A DNA stretch of 64,000 nt from Yuukianura sp. NJ FZ-2021 (lineage: Eukaryota), in the NCBI GenBank assembly GCA_046563655.1, contig CM102290.1, positions 3,968,001 to 4,032,000 on the forward strand, given 5' to 3'. Both the position numbers and the translations under genes were made by a program. How positions within the stretch are numbered: the first letter of the stretch is position 1; the number at the start of each line of letters is the position of its first letter. Of this stretch, positions 51,513 to 64,000 are shown one piece after another. A model generated the notes under the pieces. The model had not been told where the DNA came from. It worked only from the letters and a program-made list of their open reading frames with translations, and made no database searches.

Positions 51513-52483
51513 TTCATTAGTAATATGTATTTATGATTGCAATGGGTCTGTGGCGAAGCCCCAGTAAGCATGCGAAGCATCCTGGCTTGTGCACAATGAA
51601 AACAAAGAGTGTGCATTTCAACCCGTGTGCGCCACCTCTAGGCGGTTGGAGGAATGATTCGTAATGTAAAAACACATTAGGAATCTTTTCTACATTAGAA
51701 ACTAGGGGTCAGAAATTTCCACACTAGAAATTGAACGGCAGCTTTTTTTTGCATTAGAAATGGGCTGCCACGATTCTTCGCATGTGAAATTGAACATTAG
51801 CAACTTCTGCATTAGAAATTGCACATTAGCAATTTCTGCATTTGAAATTGAACATTAGCAATTTCTGCAGTAGGAATTTCTGCATTAGGAATTGAACGTT
51901 AGGATTTTCTACAGTAGGATTTTCTGCATTAGAAATTGGACGTCAGGAATTTCTGCATTAGGAATTGGACGTTAGGATTTTCTACAGTAGGATTTTCTGC
52001 ATTAGAAATTGGACGTCAGGAATTTCTGCATTAGGAATTGAACGTCAGGATTTTCTGCATTAGGAGCAGTGTTCCGCGGTGCTTTAAAGCAGATGCTTTT
52101 TTTGCTTGCTTTTTTTGCTTTTAAAGCAAAACCAGCAAGCATGCGCTTTTCGACTATGCTTTTTTAAATTTTGCTGTTTTTTGGTAAACAAAAACAACGT
52201 GAACGAGAGAACGCGCAGCTTCAAGGGACTCGCGGGAACTGCTTAGATTCACTCAAATTGTCAAATTTGCCAAAACCAAAGTCAAAGTTAAGTGTCCCCG
52301 GTTTGTATTTAGTGTCAAAACTGATTCAAGTGGCTGGTCCAGTGGAGTTACCAGACACTTATGGACCGTCGCTTCGCTTGTATTGTTATCAACTGCCAGT
52401 TGTGGACGGCGACTTGTACATTTTTAGATTTGGTTTGATTCATTTGCTTAAGTGACCACCCTGAAGAGCCAGGGAATCTTCCG

Positions 52484-52640
52484 CAGTGCCTGTCGACACT
52501 GGCACAGCTAAAGCTGGCACTGGCACGACAGACACGTAAATACACTGGTCAGTTCCCCGTCGTTCAACCGCGAATTAACTCCATTTGCGTTCCTGTTGTG
52601 CCAGTGCCAGCCTTAGCTGTGCCAGTGCCGACAGGAACTG
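52484..52640. repeat. 58-bp inverted repeat (hairpin) inside the hAT element
   Basis: 52484-52541 CAGTGCCTGTCGACACTGGCACAGCTAAAGCTGGCACTGGCACGACAG.. pairs with 52583-52640 with a few mismatches around a 41-nt loop. Built from TGGCAC repeats. Confidence 0.85.
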
Positions 52641-52762
52641 GAAAATGGGACTACTGGTTGTAGATAAGACCCAATGTCAAACTTGTTTTGGGCATACCAA
52701 AGTGGCACTGGCACAAGGACATGACATGTACTCAAATCAATCTATTCTCCCCACCAATCCGA

Positions 52763-52914
52763 ATGTCCGTGAATTTGGACCGCGGTATAATCGCGGTATG
52801 GAAAATGGGACTAATCCTCAGAATTGTGATGCTTACCAAACCTAACCTAGGTTACTGAGGAATAGTCGGTCCAACCTATACCGCGGTTAAACCGCGGTCT
52901 AAATTCACGCAGGT
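52763..52914. mobile_element. 152-bp Mutator-like mini-element with 9-bp TSD and CCTAACCT core, nested in the hAT element
   Basis: Inverted repeat CGTGAATTTGGACCGCGGTATAATCGCGGTAT / ATACCGCGGTTAAACCGCGGTCTAAATTCACG. Perfect 9-bp direct repeat CCAATCCGA (52754-52762, 52915-52923). CCTAACCT at 52841-52848. Confidence 0.8.
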
Positions 52915-54320
52915 CCAATCCGATCCCTCCGATTTACCAACTTGTGCCTTTCATGCCTTGATTCCATTCAATTTCGAGTTCTTCGTTGCAATTCTCACTT
53001 ACACTTCACTTTCTACCAATTAATTGACAAGTTAAGCAAGTGAAAGGTGTTTAAAACGATGTAAACTGAAAACAAGTACAAAAGGAAAGAATCTGCCCCT
53101 CGTTCTTTCGTTTGTCCTGTACTTGTTTACCTTTCACCCCCCGTCCCTCCCATTAACAGCAATTTTGCTGCTTTTAAAGCATTAAAAGCAAAAACAGCAA
53201 AAAAAGCTATTTACAGCAAAAAGCAAAGCATCGACTTTAAAAAAGCGCTTTTTACGGAACACTGATTAGGAGTAGCCCGTATTTTAGGCATTCCTAATGT
53301 GGAGAAATTCCTAACATTAATCAGCAAAACTCCCCCCATACATTCCATGTTGACTACCCCACAAGAAAGAAAGGCCAAACATATCTGGGATAAAAAGATT
53401 AGACACAGCAGCAATTCAAGATGTTGAGATTTAGAAACACAGTTAAGTTTAATGTACATACCAAATTAAATATTTGTATACTTGAATATTTAGTGGAATT
53501 ATCCAATTGTTCTTGCTTTTGTTACTAAATTTGACAAACAATAATGACTTGTTATGAGTTGAATTGGGAGGGCCGGGAAGTAACTGATGCATTAACCGGC
53601 ATTTAGTCAAAGTGTTCGATCAATAGATTTTTGACAGTTTGGTTTGCTGTTAACAAGTTGGCCTACTTCGTGTAATTTGTCCACTGAATACTGCCAGTAT
53701 CAATATTTTTGAGTGGTATAGGTTTACCCAAAGATTTTTAAACAAAACTTTTCCTAACTAGATGCGAAATGAAGGCCATTTTAAACAAAATTTTTGAAGC
53801 CATTGTTTGCCGACGTTTCTCCTGACAACTCACTGAAATTCATTAAACTTAAGGATGGTTCACACAGAATCCTATTCTTGCAGTTTCATGTTTCACGAAT
53901 AGCTAATTACTGTAAAAAGCTATACTGTCCTCTTGTAACACACACAAGTCATTTCCCAAACTTTGATATATTGTGGATCACTGTACGACATTCCTACGCT
54001 GAGCAAATCACTTCAAAACTGTTCATTTCATTTTCACCCACAGTTTCCATGGTAGGTGCAAGCCTTAATCCTTCAAATGCAAGCGGTTTTGTCCGCCAGC
54101 GTCCGCCAGCAAATTGGCTTCAAATTTTTTGTTGAAATCAGGCCATATTTCCTCTCTAGTTAGAGCAAAAACCTACAAAATCACCTTGACAACTCTCTGG
54201 GTTTACCGCTTGTAATACCCTTGTATACCCTTGTTGGTATAACCCTTCGCAGTAAATTGGCCGATTAATAAGTCAAATTTTGGTTTCCCAGGTGCTAGAA
54301 TTACAGTCATTCCGCAAAGT

Positions 54321-55965
54321 ATGAGAATTGGATCCGAATTTGCCAGTTCTATTTTATTTATTCAGTTGACCAGTGGACTGTTTGGTCCTGGTGTGTCTTC
54401 AAACAATACTCAGCGCCTTCCGCCTTGTCAAGCATGTCGGAATGTCGCCAGTTCATTTCTTTATGTAAGAAGTACTTTGGTCATGGGAACAATTATTTCG
54501 TGATTTAGCTTATGGAAATTACAGTTTACTAACTATTTTTACTCTTCCAGGGAATGGAGAAAACTGTAAAAGGTCATTTCGGAGGAGGTGACACAGCATG
54601 GGAGGAAGCTAAGGGACTAGTTTATAAGGAGTCTCAATTGAGGCTGACAGAGATTCATGAAAGTATTTGTAATGAGATTTCAATTGGCAAGGAGCAGGTT
54701 AGTGATTTTAACTAAACACTATTTGGGCTAAGTACGTCACGCTAACTTTTTGAGTTGAGTTAGAGTGAGTTATTGTTTTCCAGTGCCATGAACTCGCGGG
54801 TGATGTTGAGGATGACTTAGATACTTGGTGGAACGATTACAGGAATGCTGGGAAGGATCTCTTTACGTGGTTATGTATAGAGCAAAAAGCCGTATGCTGC
54901 CCGCCAGATCATTATGGTCCAGATTGCAATCCTTGTCCCGGGTTCCCGGGAATAGTGTGCTCCGGACACGGGAAGTGCAAGGCAAGTTTCTTCCACACTG
55001 CGTTGGTTTACATACATTAAAGTTTGCCCAATGAAGTGTTTCTTATATCATATACTCAATTAACAAATAATATTAGTAGTTAAAACTGCTCTTAGTGAAT
55101 CACCAACTGTCTATAATAGGGAAACGGGACTCGTAAAGGAAATGGCGGTTGTAACTGTGACATTGGGTACGCTGGAAACATGTGCGATTCTTGTGCAAAG
55201 GGCTACTACGAAGCCTACAAAGATGGCGGAAAGCTTTTATGCTCTCCGTGTCATAAAGCATGTGCTCAAGGATGTACTGGACCAGGGACAAAACGTAATT
55301 CAACCTATGTAACAACGTCTTGATTCATTTTGATTCCGTTGACTGGAAAATATGAACTTTTATTTGATTTTAGAATGTAGAGGTTGCAAGAATGGATGGG
55401 AACAAGATGATGACCTTGGATGCATAGACGTCAACGAATGCCTAACAGCAGAGTCTGAGATATGTAGGCGGAATGAGTTTTGCATCAATTCGGATGGATC
55501 TTACAGTTGTCTACGTACGTTGTCTACTTCTTGATGTGACAAACCGTGTTAACGTTTTCAGCTTACTTTAGCGCGTTTCCACAACCTTAAAAGTATTTTC
55601 TGTTTTCAGAATGCGACAAGTCGTGTGAAGGGTGTTTCGGAGATGGTCCAGATATGTGTGCGAAATGTGCTGAGAACTATATTCTCAAAGACAACGTCTG
55701 TTTAGGTATGTTCTTGTCTTTTGTCATATGAGCAACCACGCATAATAATAAAACATAAATATATTTTCGTTAAATGCTAGATGGAACTACGATCGGTAGA
55801 TCTGTTCAGATGGACATGACAAGGTACTTGACATACCTCGGTCTCTGTGTAGCGACTTGCATAATTTTCCAAAAGAACGTTACCATCGCTGCCATGGTTG
55901 GAGTTGCAGTGACCGCATACATTTCAGTTTCGGAATACCTTCTGAGCACATCCAATGGTCTCTGA
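54321..55965 (+). CDS. Creld: Cysteine-rich with EGF-like domains protein, membrane-anchored CRELD1/Creld type (~361 aa)
   Basis: Exons: 54321-54464 (signal peptide, CQAC CxxC), 54551-54697 (HFGGGDTAWEE, the WE domain), 54784-54981, 55120-55294, 55374-55514 (cbEGF CIDVNEC), 55610-55705, 55781-55965 (two TM segments YLTYLGLCVATCIIFQKN..ISVSEY); total 1086 nt in frame. Intron 3 is GC-AG. Confidence 0.95.
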
Positions 55966-57717
55966 TATCAGGCTAAACTTGTATATTAAGGCAATCAGGT
56001 ATGAATTTTGTATGAATGTCAACTGCACCCACCAATTTGTAAGTACTTGACGAACTTTCGATTTTAATCACCCAGGCAGGGATGTAAGAATGTAAGCATC
56101 GTTACAACACTAGAGCTACTATAAATGTAATTACTCCCGTTGTACAAGGAATTCGTTAGAGTACTTTATAATGTTGAAAACGTTGGCAAAGGATGTTGTG
56201 AGCCTGTTCAGCACTTCAACGACTGCTCAAGACCAAAGAATAATGTAAGGGTTTACTGGGAACTCCAATGTAACCAGTTCATTCCAACTAGTCTTACGCT
56301 AGAATAGCTGTAACCTACCCTGGTCCTTAGGCTGACTTCCAGCTTTCTTTATCGTTCCAACCCGTGATATCTTTTGGATGCCTATATTTAGTAAGTTCAA
56401 TTAATTTTCTTTCTAGTTAATTTGTTATTTAGTTAAAACATGCACGTTTTCTAGTTCCTATTAACTAGATGTTGTTGCAGCTAAATAAAAGGGAAGTTCG
56501 TCTCTTGTTCATGTTTTCGACAACATTGAGGCCTCACCATTGGTTTCTTCATTGAACGAAACAAAAGTTTCATTTTTTTGATGTAACTAATATATTTAAG
56601 CAATATTTTATTGGTATAAGCAGAAAGATAATTAATTAATAATTAATTACCAAATTAACTAATGGTTTATAGTTAAATAGCTCTGCAGGGAATAAGCTTT
56701 GCGAAATTGGGGTAGACGGTGTTGCTCTTCTTGCTTTTTCTTCTGTATGGATCCAATTGGAGTTTCGATTAATAAAGCAAAGCTGCTTTATCCAAGTACA
56801 TTATTCTATAACTGCTAATTTATCTTTTTTATACAACAAAAACCAATTGGAATTTGAAATTTGTTTTGTTTCAAAACGTGTAGTAAAATACAGGGATTTG
56901 TTTTTACACTTATCAATTAGGATACTTTTAATTCTTAACTTTTAGTCAACCATTTTCATCCTCACACACAAAATACCAATTTGAAATCCAATTGTGCTTG
57001 TTGTTTGACATTTTTTTTTTTGAATTTCACAATGAATTATGATATGTACACAGTAAGTTAATAAGTTTTTGGGCACTTTCTACTAAACAGACTCAGTCCA
57101 TTCTTCATACATGAACGAAAAGCTACAAAAATTAATTTTTGCAGGAAACATTTCCTAATTCGAAATTAGGGTGGTCAAAAGTTAACTGATTAAACGGATG
57201 ACTTATGATAATTAATTTTTCAAATTTTGAAAAAAAAAATTTTGGTGTAAAATGCCAAATATTTCACTTCTTTTTAAAGTAAGCAACGACGTTAATAGAA
57301 AAACTGTAAGTTTAGCCAAGGTTCGTTAAGCCAAACTAGAGCAAGCAAGCACTTCATGAAAACATTTTAAAGCAAGAAAACTGTATATGCCTTAATGTTT
57401 AAATTAATTTACAGAAGTAAGTACTTAAATTTAAGATTGTTCTAATTTCAGTAAGGAGGGATTTAAACGCTGTTGTTTCTGGGAAAAAGCTCAATCCTTA
57501 CTATGTAATTAAAACCCCAACATCCTTTTCGGTTTTCATTTGAAAAATTTTACCAAATGTATCCATTTTGGTCCGAAAGGGATTTTTTTAAGTCGACCCC
57601 TGTACCACGAATGTCAAATTGTTAAAAAGTGTTCAACAATTTCTTTGACATTTCTTTTCATAGCATTAGTAGTAATTTTAGAAAATTGGAAATTGAAATA
57701 AAAGGTGAAGTCATTGT

Positions 57718-63916
<6,199 letters not shown>

Positions 63917-64000
63917 CTGAAACGAAAATTCAAAATGGACATTGTTTAAAAAAATATGCAAAGCACATTTATTGCTGCAGAATTTTTAGAACAATCGGCT

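Larger units (their letters stand above)
52067..53264. mobile_element. Non-autonomous hAT element (1198 bp) inserted in the right arm of the foldback
   Basis: 10-bp TIRs CAGTGTTCCG / CGGAACACTG. Perfect 8-bp TSD ATTAGGAG (52059-52066, 53265-53272). Subterminal AAAGC/GCTTT motif arrays at both ends; no transposase ORF. Confidence 0.92.
50313..53338. mobile_element. Foldback-type (long-TIR, internally repetitive) non-autonomous DNA transposon carrying nested insertions
   Basis: The left arm 50313-50850 starts ATGGGGGGAGTTTTGCTGATTAATGTTAGGAATTTCTCCACATTAGG. It is the reverse complement of the right arm, 51587-52066 plus 53273-53338. The arms contain ~29-bp tandem units (TTCCTAATGCAGAAAATCCTAACGTTCAA and variants). 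The flanking TSD is only degenerate (ACATTTCT / ACATTCCA). Confidence 0.88.

Noticed and set aside
51543..51590. GCGAAGC-containing mini-hairpins in the foldback spacer, reminiscent of a Helitron 3' end
   Set aside because: No canonical CTRR terminus or matching 5' end could be identified.
50376..52066. Tandem ~29-bp repeats superficially like a CRISPR array
   Set aside because: There are no unique spacers and no cas genes, the context is eukaryotic, and the repeats form the mirrored arms of a foldback element.

Overview
Gene-dense eukaryotic DNA, very likely from an arthropod. It is AT-rich with short GT-AG introns, and the proteins resemble insect/crustacean orthologs; the species cannot be determined from sequence alone. 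I reconstructed seven spliced protein-coding genes by hand, and the exon lengths close in frame for all of them. In order: a GPR161-like class A GPCR (+, 5' exon outside the window), rdgB/PITPNM (-, 18 coding exons), a single-pass Ig+FN3 cell-surface protein (+), a TDRD12/Yb-family piRNA factor (-), BCKDK (-), Creld (+, with one GC-AG intron) and Su(H)/CSL (-, 5' end outside the window). Non-coding DNA holds several non-autonomous DNA transposons with readable TIRs and TSDs. These include a ~3 kb foldback element carrying nested insertions and a set of mini-elements that share a CCTAACCT core. No prokaryotic-type system, CRISPR array, tRNA or rRNA was seen. The best novelty candidates are a possible double UGA-C stop-codon readthrough that would swap a PDZ-binding tail, the nested foldback complex, and the TDRD12-like protein, which has a degenerate helicase, a CCCH finger and no N-terminal Tudor. 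All family assignments rest on recalled motifs, not database searches.
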